From Escherichia phage wV7, in sequence record NC_019505.1: a stretch of DNA of 64,000 nucleotides; one strand, given 5' to 3'. The notes under the pieces are model-generated. The model was not told the DNA's origin and ran no database searches. It was given only the letters and a program-made list of their open reading frames with translations. Positions 54,111 to 62,791 of the stretch are shown here, piece by piece. The number at the start of each line of letters is the position of its first letter. Position 1 is the stretch's first letter. Position numbers and translations under genes: made by a program.

Positions 54111-54124
54111 GGGGCTTCGGCCCC
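54111..54124 (+). other. GGGGC-TTCG-GCCCC hairpin between genes 37 and 38
   Basis: Perfect stem and UUCG loop, followed by ribosome-binding site GGAG and the gene 38 ATG. Confidence 0.6.
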
Positions 54125-54136
54125 TTGGAGGTTTAT

Positions 54137-54931
54137 ATGGCAGTTGAAGGACCGTGGGTAGGATGGTCTGCGAGGGTACAAACTGGAGACCCTTGGATGG
54201 GTGGTGCCGCGCTGAGATTGAGAATGGGAATTCCGTTTTGGATGAGTAATATGATAGGTCGATCTGTTGAAGTAATTCACACCCTTGGAGCGGACCATAA
54301 CTTCAATGGTCAATGGTTCCGAGATAGATGTTTTGAGGCAGGTAGTGCACCTATAGTGTTTAATATTACCGGAAATTTGGTATCATATTCTAGAGACGTT
54401 CCTTTATTCTTCATGTACGGAGATACACCTAATGAATATGTTCAGTTGAATATTGGTGGCGGCGTCCATATGTGGGGTAGAGGTGGACAAGGTGGATGGA
54501 CTCATTCCGGCGGAGATGGTAATGGTCAACAAGGTGGTCATTGTATTCAAAATGACATCGGTGGACGATTAAGAATTAATAACGGTGGAGTAATTTGTGG
54601 TGGAGGTGGAGGTGGAGGTGGTATCGCTTATCGTCCTCACTCTGGTGCAAAATGGCAAGATATTGGTGGTGGTGGAGGAAGACCATTTGGCCCAGGAGGA
54701 GGCGGAGGTTATTCCGGCGGCGCAGCTTCTTATGATGGCCCAGGAGGTGGTTATAATTATGGTAATGCTCACTCTGGCCAGGGTGGTGATGCTGGCGCAA
54801 ATGGACAAAATGCCTGGCATGATGGCGGTAAAGTTCTAAAAGTTGGAGCTGGTGGCGCTGCCGGATATGCTGTTATAGGATCAGCTCCAACATGGCAAAA
54901 TGTTGGAGTAATATATGGTCCAAGGGTATAA
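54137..54931 (+). CDS. 38: gp38 receptor-recognising adhesin (T2-type, glycine-rich motifs)
   Basis: [10 protein letters not shown]... start after a ribosome-binding site (track ORF starts at 54107); conserved N-terminal block [32 protein letters not shown]; poly-Gly islands separating variable segments. Confidence 0.88.
   Translation: MAVEGPWVGWSARVQTGDPWMGGAALRLRMGIPFWMSNMIGRSVEVIHTLGADHNFNGQWFRDRCFEAGSAPIVFNITGNLVSYSRDVPLFFMYGDTPNEYVQLNIGGGVHMWGRGGQGGWTHSGGDGNGQQGGHCIQNDIGGRLRINNGGVICGGGGGGGGIAYRPHSGAKWQDIGGGGGRPFGPGGGGGYSGGAASYDGPGGGYNYGNAHSGQGGDAGANGQNAWHDGGKVLKVGAGGAAGYAVIGSAPTWQNVGVIYGPRV
54597..54625 (+). repeat. GGT/GGA trinucleotide tract encoding poly-glycine in gp38
   Basis: ggtggaggtggaggtggaggtggt read directly; further GGN runs at about 54660-54740. 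Confidence 0.8.
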
Positions 54932-54962
54932 TTTTGAATAAATATCCTTAAAAGGAGGGTCT

Positions 54963-55625
54963 ATGGCAGCACCTAGAATATCATTTTCGCCCTCTGATAT
55001 TCTATTTGGTGTTCTAGATCGCTTGTTCAAAGATAACGCTACCGGGAAAGTTCTTGCTTCCCGGGTAGCTGTCGTAATTCTTTTATTTATGATGGCGATT
55101 GTTTGGTATAGGGGAGATAGTTTCTTTGAGTACTATAAGCAATCAAAGTATGAAACATACAGTGAAATTATTGAAAAGGAAAGAAACGCACGCTTTGAAT
55201 CTGTCGCCCTGGAACAACTCCAGATAGTTCACATATCATCTGAGGCAGACTTTAGTGCGGTGTATTCTTTCCGCCCTAAAAACTTAAACTATTTTGTTGA
55301 TATTATAGCATATGAAGGAAAATTACCTTCAACAATAAGTGAAAAATCACTTGGAGGATATCCTGTTGATAAAACTATGGATGAATATACAGTTCATTTA
55401 AATGGACGTCATTATTATTCCAACTCAAAATTTGCTTTTTTACCAACTAAAAAGCCTACTCCCGAAATAAACTACATGTACAGTTGTCCATATTTTAATT
55501 TGGATAACATCTATGCTGGAACAATAACCATGTACTGGTATAGAAATGATCATATAAGTAATGACCGCCTTGAATCAATATGTTCTCAATTCGTCGATGA
55601 GGGTTTTCTTATCTTCTTGGGTTAA
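54963..55625 (+). CDS. t: Holin t
   Basis: 220 aa; MAAPRISFSPSDILFGVLDRLFKDNATGKVLASRVAVVILLFMMAIVWY, single transmembrane segment, large C-terminal domain. Confidence 0.9.
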   Translation: MAAPRISFSPSDILFGVLDRLFKDNATGKVLASRVAVVILLFMMAIVWYRGDSFFEYYKQSKYETYSEIIEKERNARFESVALEQLQIVHISSEADFSAVYSFRPKNLNYFVDIIAYEGKLPSTISEKSLGGYPVDKTMDEYTVHLNGRHYYSNSKFAFLPTKKPTPEINYMYSCPYFNLDNIYAGTITMYWYRNDHISNDRLESICSQFVDEGFLIFLG

Positions 55626-55805
55626 TTCAGAAACAATTTTACGGAATGAATTCTGATTTAATTTTCTACCTTCATGCGTTACTCCAATCTCATTCAGAAA
55701 TGCAATAAAATTAGCACGATTCTCAACAATATCTTCTCTGGAAAATTTAATCAAAATAGACGCAACAGTAATAATTTCACGAACTGTATCAATATTTTTA
55801 TTCAT
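55575..55805 (-). CDS. asiA: AsiA anti-sigma-70 factor (76 aa, C-terminus differs from recalled T4 AsiA)
   Basis: MNKNIDTVREIITVASILIKFSREDIVENRANFIAFLNEIGVTHEGRKLNQNSFRKIVSELTQEDKKTLIDE, then LRTY*. Confidence 0.85.
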   Translation of the reverse strand: MNKNIDTVREIITVASILIKFSREDIVENRANFIAFLNEIGVTHEGRKLNQNSFRKIVSELTQEDKKTLIDELRTY

Positions 55806-55817
55806 TAACTATACCAC

Positions 55818-55970
55818 TCAATTAGTTGACTTTGTTATAATATCATCAGACGCTTGATTTGTAAACTGGTCTGTGTTATTTTCTTCAAAAATTTTTTCTA
55901 CGAATTCCTTGAACGACTCACGTTCCTGAGCTACATTATGCTCGATTACCATTTCAAGATTATGACTCAT
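55818..55970 (-). CDS. Small acidic protein (~50 aa), not in the ORF track
   Basis: Hand translation MSHNLEMVIEHNVAQERESFKEFVEKIFEENNTDQF...; ATG overlaps the arn stop (ATGA). Confidence 0.35.
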   Translation of the reverse strand: MSHNLEMVIEHNVAQERESFKEFVEKIFEENNTDQFTNQASDDIITKSTN

Positions 55971-56245
55971 TCGAAATAATCTTCAATTTCGTAATCATGG
56001 ACGTAAATCATTATAGTTTTTAATACATCATCAATACTTTTTCCTGGAGCTGGAATTACATAAAAATATCCTGCTTTTGAGAGGTCTTTATAAGTTCCAA
56101 CCAAGAAATCGTTATTCTCAAGATGTAGTTCTTCAACTAATTCATTGACAATTGAGTGGTATAAATTTGGTAGAAACTTATATAGCTTTTCTAGAATATC
56201 AATTTTGATTGTATATTGAACCACGGATTGAGAATCAATAATCAT
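55967..56245 (-). CDS. arn: Arn, anti-restriction (McrBC inhibitor) protein
   Basis: 92 aa acidic protein, position next to asiA. Confidence 0.75.
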   Translation of the reverse strand: MIIDSQSVVQYTIKIDILEKLYKFLPNLYHSIVNELVEELHLENNDFLVGTYKDLSKAGYFYVIPAPGKSIDDVLKTIMIYVHDYEIEDYFE

Positions 56246-56328
56246 AGACCTTCCCCTTATGTTTCTGTTTGCGATTAGATTCTTTAAACGCTTTCTTCTT
56301 ATCCTTATGAACAGAAGCTTTATTAAAA

Positions 56329-56547
56329 TTATGTTTTGCGACTAAATTGTTCATAGTGCTGAATTACCTCTCTTAAACATTTGCATGTGAATGAAAACTT
56401 TTTAGCTACACCACATTCAAATATATGTTCTCTTAAATCACGTGTATCGGTATATCCCATCTCAACAATAAAATGCCGTATTAAATTTTTATCTTTATCA
56501 TTGAGAGAATTAAAATAGTCAGATTTTGAATTAATTTCCCTGGCCAA
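56329..56547 (-). CDS. Hypothetical protein (arn.x position)
   Basis: 72 aa ORF. Confidence 0.45.
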   Translation of the reverse strand: MAREINSKSDYFNSLNDKDKNLIRHFIVEMGYTDTRDLREHIFECGVAKKFSFTCKCLREVIQHYEQFSRKT

Positions 56548-56827
56548 ATTGAATCACCTTCAGTTGACGTTTTAATTCTTTTATCATTTCTTCGTTCATC
56601 GCAATATAAAGATCGCGTAAAGCAGGTTTTAGCATTCCATTTATTGGAGAACTAAATGGACATACATAATCTTTTCCTACGAGCTTTTTGGTGAATTCCA
56701 TATCACAGAACTTAAATCCCGGCTCATTGGTATAAATTCCCCAATTAGTTGACATCATTTTATTAGCATATTCCAGTGCCTGGATTTGATTCATAATTCC
56801 ATCAATTTGAAACTTTTTAATATTCAT
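56531..56827 (-). CDS. Hypothetical protein (arn.x position)
   Basis: 98 aa ORF. Confidence 0.5.
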   Translation of the reverse strand: MNIKKFQIDGIMNQIQALEYANKMMSTNWGIYTNEPGFKFCDMEFTKKLVGKDYVCPFSSPINGMLKPALRDLYIAMNEEMIKELKRQLKVIQFGQGN

Positions 56828-57288
56828 TAGTAAAGGTCCTCAGAGTAAAGTTCTTTTTCACTACCACCACGTTCAATACGTACTTGTCCAGCGTAAGTTG
56901 CAATAATCATTGCTTCTTCACGTGTCCAATAATTACTATATTGGTCAATAAACCCTTGGTCATCATCACAAACTTGCTGAGTAACTAATTGAGGTTTAAC
57001 TACATCTAAAACTTCTGCCATATCTTTAGAATAATGACGAGCACCTGGAATAACAAGAGTTCGTCCATCTTTTAATTTAAAACGATTAGCTGCACAGACA
57101 ATTCGTCGTTGATACTTTTGGTTTTCATCCCAGTACGCAGTCTGCCAACAGATTTCAGGAACTTCTTTCAGAATATCTTCTTCTGTGCATTTATAACCAT
57201 GCGCTTTAAATTTTTGAACAAGACTCTCCGGAGTCTCACGAGATAAAGGCACATTCAGCATTTTTAAACGATTAATAAATGGGTTCAT
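56827..57288 (-). CDS. Hypothetical protein (arn.x position)
   Basis: 153 aa ORF. Confidence 0.55.
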   Translation of the reverse strand: MNPFINRLKMLNVPLSRETPESLVQKFKAHGYKCTEEDILKEVPEICWQTAYWDENQKYQRRIVCAANRFKLKDGRTLVIPGARHYSKDMAEVLDVVKPQLVTQQVCDDDQGFIDQYSNYWTREEAMIIATYAGQVRIERGGSEKELYSEDLY

Positions 57289-57614
57289 TTAAACCATCCT
57301 TTAATACGTTGCCACAAAGTTTTCTGCTGAGCTTTGTTAACACCAATTGAACGAATAACCGGTTGAGATTCCTGGAATTCTTTATAATCGGCAAGGTAAA
57401 TTTCGTAAGCTGCATCCGTAAATGAACTTATCGCTGCCATAAAATTATTGCGAATACCTACTGGAGCATCTTTACTTTCACGAATAATCATGTATTTACC
57501 AGTCTTAATCTTTACAATAGTTCCAAGATAAGCTCCATGGTACCAAATATCCCAACCCTCTTGAGTAGGTTCTGCGCAACGACGAAGTTCATTGACAATT
57601 TCTAACTTGTTCAT
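57285..57614 (-). CDS. Hypothetical protein immediately downstream of motA
   Basis: 109 aa ORF; start overlaps the upstream gene. Confidence 0.55.
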   Translation of the reverse strand: MNKLEIVNELRRCAEPTQEGWDIWYHGAYLGTIVKIKTGKYMIIRESKDAPVGIRNNFMAAISSFTDAAYEIYLADYKEFQESQPVIRSIGVNKAQQKTLWQRIKGWFK

Positions 57615-57624
57615 TATTTATTCC

Positions 57625-58260
57625 TCACAGTTCAGATGCTACAGTGATTACAGCTTCAATGTTTTCTACCGAGCGTTTAATGTCAAGATACACATTGCCG
57701 TTTTTAGCGATTTTACAAGACATTCCGATGTCAGTAAATTTCTGAATATGATGTTCCATCATTTTATATCCAAAAATTCGCATATTTCCATTGTTGTTAA
57801 TTTCAAAATTACGAATTCCGTGAGTGCGTTTTTCTAAAATAGCAAGATAGTTACTGCGATAAGTTTCAACCTTTTTAAGAACAAATCCATTTTCATCCAA
57901 AAGTTTTAACATGAGGTCTTTATCTTCTTCCATATCAGAAGTAATCTCGCGAGCTTTACGAGTTGCTCGTTTTTTCAGCAGTTCCGGAGCATTTTCCTGT
58001 GCGTATAAAGTTGCTGCGTTTGAAATAATATCCTGAGCTTCACCTGTAATGATTAATCCATCACCAGATTTCTCCACCAGGCCTTTTTTAATCAATACCC
58101 CAATATTACTATTAACTACTGCGTTACCTAAATCTGGATGCACCTCACGAACTTCTGCAGCTGTAATGAAATCTTTCTTAGCAATGGTAATTAAAATCGC
58201 AGCAGTTTTTTCATTCAGAACATCGTTAGAAGCTTTGATGATGTAAGTTACTTTAGACAT
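57625..58260 (-). CDS. motA: MotA, middle-promoter transcription activator
   Basis: 211 aa, MSKVTYIIKASNDVLNEKTAAILITIAKKDFITAAEVREVHPDLGNAVVNSNIGVLIKKGLVEKSGDGL... Confidence 0.92.
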   Translation of the reverse strand: MSKVTYIIKASNDVLNEKTAAILITIAKKDFITAAEVREVHPDLGNAVVNSNIGVLIKKGLVEKSGDGLIITGEAQDIISNAATLYAQENAPELLKKRATRKAREITSDMEEDKDLMLKLLDENGFVLKKVETYRSNYLAILEKRTHGIRNFEINNNGNMRIFGYKMMEHHIQKFTDIGMSCKIAKNGNVYLDIKRSVENIEAVITVASEL

Positions 58261-58301
58261 TTTCTAATCTCCGTAATTCTGTATCAGTAGTTGATAGTTG
58301 T

Positions 58302-58331
58302 ATAGTACCATAGAATGCTTTGGTTGTAAAC
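58302..58331 (-). promoter_or_regulatory. Early promoter for motA (GTTTACA, 17 nt, TACTAT)
   Basis: Minus strand: ttttttatttcaaaaattttttcacaaaacggTTTACAaccaaagcattctatggTACTATAcaactatcaactac. Confidence 0.65.
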
Positions 58332-58362
58332 CGTTTTGTGAAAAAATTTTTGAAATAAAAAA

Positions 58363-58382
58363 GGGAGAGCCTCGGCTCTCCC
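58363..58382 (-). terminator. Hairpin GGGAGAGC-CTCG-GCTCTCCC upstream of the motA promoter
   Basis: 8-bp perfect stem, then a U-run on the minus strand. Confidence 0.6.
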
Positions 58383-58387
58383 TAAAA

Positions 58388-58537
58388 TTACTGCATGACT
58401 GTGATAACTGTCATGATAACACGTTGAATTCCGAACGCAAGAAGACCTCCTGCTACGGCTGGAACAACACCTAAACCCGCCAGTAAAATGCTACCAGATA
58501 CTAATGCAGCGCTTGTAATACCTATGAATGGACTCAT
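58388..58537 (-). CDS. Small hydrophobic peptide (49 aa), not in the ORF track
   Basis: MSPFIGITSAALVSGSILLAGLGVVPAVAGGLLAFGIQRVIMTVITVMQ; ATG overlaps the gene 52 stop. Confidence 0.45.
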   Translation of the reverse strand: MSPFIGITSAALVSGSILLAGLGVVPAVAGGLLAFGIQRVIMTVITVMQ

Positions 58538-59862
58538 TTGATTTCCTCTAAATCTTTGGTGTATTCTGTAACTACATCAGTAGTTTTCCAATATTCGTTT
58601 TCTTCTTTTTTGGCTTTAGCTTCTTCAGCAAGTTTCTTCGCTTCATCGGAAGTCATATGAAAAATATTCATTCCGACTAGTTTATCAACATAAGAAGAAT
58701 ACATCTCAATTTTAGAAAGTTCTTCGGTCAGTTCTTTGCGAGTTTTACCCTGTACAACAATTTCACCTGAAATTACTTTCTTAATGAAATGCGCCTTGGC
58801 AAAGGCTAAACGAAATGCTGACTCAGTTTCTTTGATTTTGTTATCAATTCGTTTTTGGACATAAGTTTTACGAACTTCAACAAAGTCTTTAATTAAATCG
58901 ACTACGTTATCGTAAACTTGTAGTTTTCCTTTCTCATTAATAACCGTAATATTCTGAGAACGACGCTCAATCAACCCGAAGTCTTTCATAATTTTTGCAT
59001 GACGTTCTTCTTCATTATCGCTCAAAGAATATTCTTTGCGGAATTTAACTTTGAATCCAAAACCATGCTCACCACAAGCATCATCCCATGTAATGAAGCC
59101 TTTATCTTCAAGTGGGTCTAAGATTTTACTCACATAAGTTTCACGATCATACTTATACGGAATCTCAGTGATATGCATTTGAGTTCGTGAAGTAAACTTA
59201 TATGTTCCACGAATTTCATATTGCCCATCAATTTCAACGACTTCACCACGAAATTCTGGGAATTCTACCTTCGGTTTAGTTACTTTCTTTCCTTGAAGAG
59301 CTTGTAGTACAGCTTTCTTGACAGAAGAAACGCTATGAGGAAGAATGTAAGTTGCATAACCAGTTGCAATACCGGAAACGCCATTAAGAAGAACAGTAGG
59401 AATAATAGGCAAATAGAAAGCAGGCGGAATGTGTTCTTTATCTTGATGTACCGGAGCATATTCAGTATCTTTATATACGTTATAGAAATTTTTACTTACA
59501 CGAGCAAAAATATAACGACTTGCTGCTGCCTTTTGGACAGTACGAGAACCAAAGTTTCCTTGACCATCTAACAGAGGAAAGTTATTATTCCAAGTGTTAG
59601 CCATCAAAGCACCTGCGTCTTGTGCAGAGTTTTCGCCATGATGATATCCAAGGTCCGCTACACCGCCTGCGATAGAAGCGAGTTTGTGAAACTTATCTTT
59701 ATTTCCTCGTGCCAAATCAAGAGCTCGAGCAATAACAAATCGTTGAACTGGCTTAAATCCATCAATCATATTTGGAATAGCACGATTTTCAACCGTGTAC
59801 ATAGCATAAGCCAATGCTTCATTATCAATGATACTTTTTAAATCGCGATTATTCAGTTGCAT
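58534..59862 (-). CDS. 52: DNA topoisomerase II medium subunit gp52
   Basis: 442 aa; gyrase A-like N-terminal region with catalytic-tyrosine context (AASRYIF). Confidence 0.9.
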   Translation of the reverse strand: MQLNNRDLKSIIDNEALAYAMYTVENRAIPNMIDGFKPVQRFVIARALDLARGNKDKFHKLASIAGGVADLGYHHGENSAQDAGALMANTWNNNFPLLDGQGNFGSRTVQKAAASRYIFARVSKNFYNVYKDTEYAPVHQDKEHIPPAFYLPIIPTVLLNGVSGIATGYATYILPHSVSSVKKAVLQALQGKKVTKPKVEFPEFRGEVVEIDGQYEIRGTYKFTSRTQMHITEIPYKYDRETYVSKILDPLEDKGFITWDDACGEHGFGFKVKFRKEYSLSDNEEERHAKIMKDFGLIERRSQNITVINEKGKLQVYDNVVDLIKDFVEVRKTYVQKRIDNKIKETESAFRLAFAKAHFIKKVISGEIVVQGKTRKELTEELSKIEMYSSYVDKLVGMNIFHMTSDEAKKLAEEAKAKKEENEYWKTTDVVTEYTKDLEEIK

Positions 59863-59866
59863 AAAT

Positions 59867-60007
59867 TTACCATACTAGTGAATGTAGTGCCATAATAACA
59901 TCAGAAATGAAAAGCACGACTTGAATTAATCCGAACATTACTCCATAATATAGTGCTACTAATAAAGCAGCAAGGGCTAATGAATAGCCCAAGATTTTCT
60001 TAATCAT
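59867..60007 (-). CDS. Small hydrophobic peptide (46 aa), Ac-like position
   Basis: MIKKILGYSLALAALLVALYYGVMFGLIQVVLFISDVIMALHSLVW, hand translation. Confidence 0.4.
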   Translation of the reverse strand: MIKKILGYSLALAALLVALYYGVMFGLIQVVLFISDVIMALHSLVW

Positions 60008-60152
60008 TTTTATTTAATAGCCAAAACAATAATAAAATTGCTAATACGCCTTGAGCTGTTGCTTGTAAAAATACTGAAGTTTCTCCAGTTATTACTGTTC
60101 CGGCGAATAAAAAGGACCAGCAGAAAAAGGCTATACCATAAACAAATTTCAT
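60000..60152 (-). CDS. Small hydrophobic peptide (50 aa)
   Basis: MKFVYGIAFFCWSFLFAGTVITGETSVFLQATAQGVLAILLLFWLLNKND, hand translation; overlaps the next ORF. Confidence 0.4.
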   Translation of the reverse strand: MKFVYGIAFFCWSFLFAGTVITGETSVFLQATAQGVLAILLLFWLLNKND

Positions 60153-60162
60153 ATTTTCCTCA

Positions 60163-60240
60163 TTAGCGTCCGAAGACGCCTTTAGTTTTAAAATTATTAC
60201 GATAGAACTGCATCACATGTTCGTTATGGAAATTACTCAT
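60163..60240 (-). CDS. stp: Stp peptide (25 aa), activator of host PrrC anticodon nuclease
   Basis: [25 protein letters not shown] closely matches the recalled T4 Stp; TAATG overlap with the ndd stop. Confidence 0.7.
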   Translation of the reverse strand: MSNFHNEHVMQFYRNNFKTKGVFGR

Positions 60241-60683
60241 TAATATGCCTGCAAAACGAATTTAAAGTTATCAGCCAACATACGGTTCATTTCTTCAAGT
60301 GTTTGATACTCAGAATGATGATTACGAGTAAACGCTAAAGCTAACTGACCTTTACCAAATCCCGTCGTCAGAGGTTTCATCTTAGAAGCAGGCAGATAAA
60401 ATACTGTGTATGCCATATTGTTATTTGCAATAGTACGCGCAAGCTGAGACCGGCGTTGACGAATATGACTTAGAACTGCGCTGAATCCTTGCTTAGAACG
60501 CTGATTACCAACATAAAATCGTGCAGACACACATGAACCATCGAATTCACTTACTAAAAAGTAAAATCCAGGTTTAGACAAAATGTCTTTATGCGGAGTT
60601 CCCAAAAACCACTCACCGCCCTTGATTGTACCAATAACAGTAGCGCCTGCATTATTTAGATCAGTAACAGTCATATATTTCAT
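60240..60683 (-). CDS. ndd: Ndd nucleoid disruption protein (147 aa from MKYMTVTD)
   Basis: [33 protein letters not shown]...; the track ORF extends upstream through a hairpin. Confidence 0.85.
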   Translation of the reverse strand: MKYMTVTDLNNAGATVIGTIKGGEWFLGTPHKDILSKPGFYFLVSEFDGSCVSARFYVGNQRSKQGFSAVLSHIRQRRSQLARTIANNNMAYTVFYLPASKMKPLTTGFGKGQLALAFTRNHHSEYQTLEEMNRMLADNFKFVLQAY

Positions 60684-60716
60684 ATTAATTTCCTCTAAAT
60701 TATTTTCTACTCCAAG

Positions 60717-60736
60717 GCCGCATGAATACGCGGCCA
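60717..60736 (-). other. Hairpin GGCCGC-(8 nt)-GCGGCC upstream of ndd
   Basis: Inverted repeat read directly between ORF 60742..60957 and the ndd ribosome-binding site. Confidence 0.5.
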
Positions 60737-60741
60737 TTAAA

Positions 60742-60957
60742 TTAATCGTCGCAGTCGACGCTCAATTCCCAAAACTCTTCTACGGTATAAGTTTCAGTAT
60801 CATTTTCAATACAGAAACGTTCATTACTGTTATTTGCTAAAGTAGCGTTAACTGTCGGTTTCTCGCTAGTGCTCTTAAGAGGTGAAATACGAATTAACTG
60901 ATCACCGTTATCTAAACAGAAAATTTCACCAACTTTTACATCTTTAAAACTTTTCAT
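60742..60957 (-). CDS. Hypothetical protein (ndd.x position)
   Basis: 71 aa ORF. Confidence 0.5.
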   Translation of the reverse strand: MKSFKDVKVGEIFCLDNGDQLIRISPLKSTSEKPTVNATLANNSNERFCIENDTETYTVEEFWELSVDCDD

Positions 60958-61072
60958 AATTCACCTCAAGGAGTATAAAATCCAAATGCAGTTGTTGACC
61001 ATCCCATCCAATATGGAAAATTTGCACCAATGTAAAACATAAGAATATAAAACCAACCGCTCAACAAATTCA

Positions 61073-61291
61073 TCATTTTACACCATTCCAAATTGTTTCA
61101 ACTACGGATTTTAAACCATTTTGATGAATATCCATTCCGACTACTGCCATCAAATAGATTCCAACTACAACTGAACCTAAGGCAAAAATCAGCATGAAAA
61201 TGAATAAAGCCGGAAAAATATTATCGAAAAACCATTCAATAAATGTAAAAGCACTGCGTTTACGCTTCATATTTTCCTCACATAAATCCAA
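61073..61291 (-). CDS. Small membrane protein (ndd.x position)
   Basis: 72 aa with a central hydrophobic helix. Confidence 0.5.
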   Translation of the reverse strand: MDLCEENMKRKRSAFTFIEWFFDNIFPALFIFMLIFALGSVVVGIYLMAVVGMDIHQNGLKSVVETIWNGVK

Positions 61292-61391
61292 AGTAAACGT
61301 TTAATACATCAATCATTAAAACGATTGGGAATATACTCAAAACTATTAGTATTATAACTACATTCCATATAGCTTTAACAATCTTTTTCAT
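61278..61391 (-). CDS. Small membrane peptide (~37 aa from MKKIVKAIW)
   Basis: Track ORF reads through the promoter; real start follows ribosome-binding site ggaggaacagaaaATG. Confidence 0.45.
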   Translation of the reverse strand: MKKIVKAIWNVVIILIVLSIFPIVLMIDVLNVYFGFM

Positions 61392-61419
61392 TTTCTGTTC
61401 CTCCGTAGTTGATAGGGTA

Positions 61420-61449
61420 ATAGTACCACGGAAGAACAGTCTTGTAAAC
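61420..61449 (-). promoter_or_regulatory. Early promoter (GTTTACA, 17 nt, TACTAT)
   Basis: Minus strand: gTTTACAagactgttcttccgtggTACTATTaccctatcaactacggaggaacagaaaATG. Confidence 0.55.
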
Positions 61450-61633
61450 AACTTTTTAAAAATATTCGTAATAAATGTGAATACCAATCACCACTGCTGA
61501 AACCTGTGCAACCCACCACGCACAAGCAATAAGTACAGAATTCAAAATTTTCATAATAACCTCATCACAAAAGTAAATGTTAAACAAATTAATGGAATAC
61601 TAATTAACCAAACGAAACACCACCATAATGAAC

Positions 61634-61897
61634 TCATAGCTCAATCTCAGCGATTTTCATTTCATTACTATTAATAGCCGCTTTAAGACTATCTGAAAGA
61701 ATTACATTCCAGTGGTCATTCATATGACCATTAACTAAGCGTGTAATTTCTTCGGGAGTTGAAAAATAAGGCGTATCAGACTCCCAATGCGATAATCCTA
61801 AGCGAGTATAAATCATACCTTCATCATCGCTAGAATATTCAACTGACACAAACTCATCAGTTATTTTATGTTTAGCGTAATAAAATTTAAATTTCAT
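61634..61897 (-). CDS. Hypothetical protein (~87 aa from MKFKFYYAKH)
   Basis: Track ORF reads through the promoter; real start follows ggaggagcggaaaATG. Confidence 0.5.
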   Translation of the reverse strand: MKFKFYYAKHKITDEFVSVEYSSDDEGMIYTRLGLSHWESDTPYFSTPEEITRLVNGHMNDHWNVILSDSLKAAINSNEMKIAEIEL

Positions 61898-61925
61898 TTT
61901 CCGCTCCTCCGTAGTTGATAGTTGT

Positions 61926-61955
61926 ATATTACCACGGTCCTTGTGGTATGTAAAC
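61926..61955 (-). promoter_or_regulatory. Early promoter (GTTTACA, 17 nt, TAATAT)
   Basis: Minus strand: aaaattttcacaaaacggTTTACAtaccacaaggaccgtggTAATATAcaactatcaactacggagga. Confidence 0.55.
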
Positions 61956-61971
61956 CGTTTTGTGAAAATTT

Positions 61972-62529
61972 TTAAATGGAAAGATACCATCCGCTGTAGT
62001 TGCTTTTTCTTACAACTTTACGAAGGTCTTCTCTGTCACCGATGAACTTCGGAGTGTACTGGATGACACCTGGATGAATTTCTTTAGTGTTGAATATAAT
62101 TATACAGTCAGCGACTTGATGATTTAGAATGGGCCCTAGATTTATTCCAGAACCATATGGATACTCTCCGCTGCATCCCGTTGTTACCGAAATCCAACGC
62201 GAGTCAGTTTGATGTGTCTTAACTTCTACACGAAGCCCGCAGTATCTTGGATGCGCCAATACATCCCATGCGTATGTATACGGGTCATTAACGTCCTCTT
62301 GGCCTTTGTTAACATACCCGCTTAGCCAATCTGCTACAAAAAACTCTGCGTACACCGCGATACGGCATCTTTCGATAACTTCTGCTTTATCCTGGTTCGG
62401 GTTTTGTTTTAAAGAGTATCTTGCTGTATCAGCAATTTTGACCTTCATTTCACTAGTCAAATCACTGTTCGATAGGGTAAATGTCGGAATCTGAAATAGT
62501 CTCTGTAAACCCGGATTCGTTTTCTGCAT
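61972..62529 (-). CDS. denB: Endonuclease IV
   Basis: 185 aa in the denB position between rIIB and ndd. Confidence 0.8.
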   Translation of the reverse strand: MQKTNPGLQRLFQIPTFTLSNSDLTSEMKVKIADTARYSLKQNPNQDKAEVIERCRIAVYAEFFVADWLSGYVNKGQEDVNDPYTYAWDVLAHPRYCGLRVEVKTHQTDSRWISVTTGCSGEYPYGSGINLGPILNHQVADCIIIFNTKEIHPGVIQYTPKFIGDREDLRKVVRKSNYSGWYLSI

Positions 62530-62791
62530 TTAGACTTTCCTTTTTACCGCTGAGATAAGCGTTATATACTTTAAGAGTGCCGTAATAAATTCGGTCATTT
62601 TCATCTAAAGACTCACGGTCAAGTTCATCGAGTTCCTTTTTATCCATGACTATAACATCATTGCAATAAAGAAACCCAAGTTTTTTGTGTCCAAACTCAA
62701 ATTTATTACAGTACACAATATTAGCGTGATGATTACCATGTAGAGAAATTTCTTTTATGTCGGAATCACCGATATTCATACAATAAATCAT
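62462..62791 (-). CDS. Hypothetical protein (denB.1 position)
   Basis: 109 aa ORF; 3' end overlaps the denB 5' end. Confidence 0.5.
   Translation of the reverse strand: MIYCMNIGDSDIKEISLHGNHHANIVYCNKFEFGHKKLGFLYCNDVIVMDKKELDELDRESLDENDRIYYGTLKVYNAYLSGKKESLNAENESGFTETISDSDIYPIEQ

Noticed and set aside
54107-54136. Upstream ATG at 54107 as the gp38 start (track call)
   Set aside because: That ATG lies directly after the gp37 stop and the first codons would be translated from the hairpin; the ATG at 54137 has a ribosome-binding site and gives the MAVEG... N-terminus expected for gp38
54569-54839. Three overlapping track ORFs, including a His-rich 74-aa ORF antisense to gp38
   Set aside because: They are by-products of the GGN repeat tracts in gp38 (antisense NCC/CAC codons); gp38 on the plus strand is the well-supported gene
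61278-61990. N-terminal extensions of several track ORFs reading ...STTEE(Q/R)KMK (also 41388..41744 and 40395..40724)
   Set aside because: The extensions are translations of the conserved early-promoter and leader sequence; the real starts are the downstream ATGs preceded by GGAGG-type ribosome-binding sites
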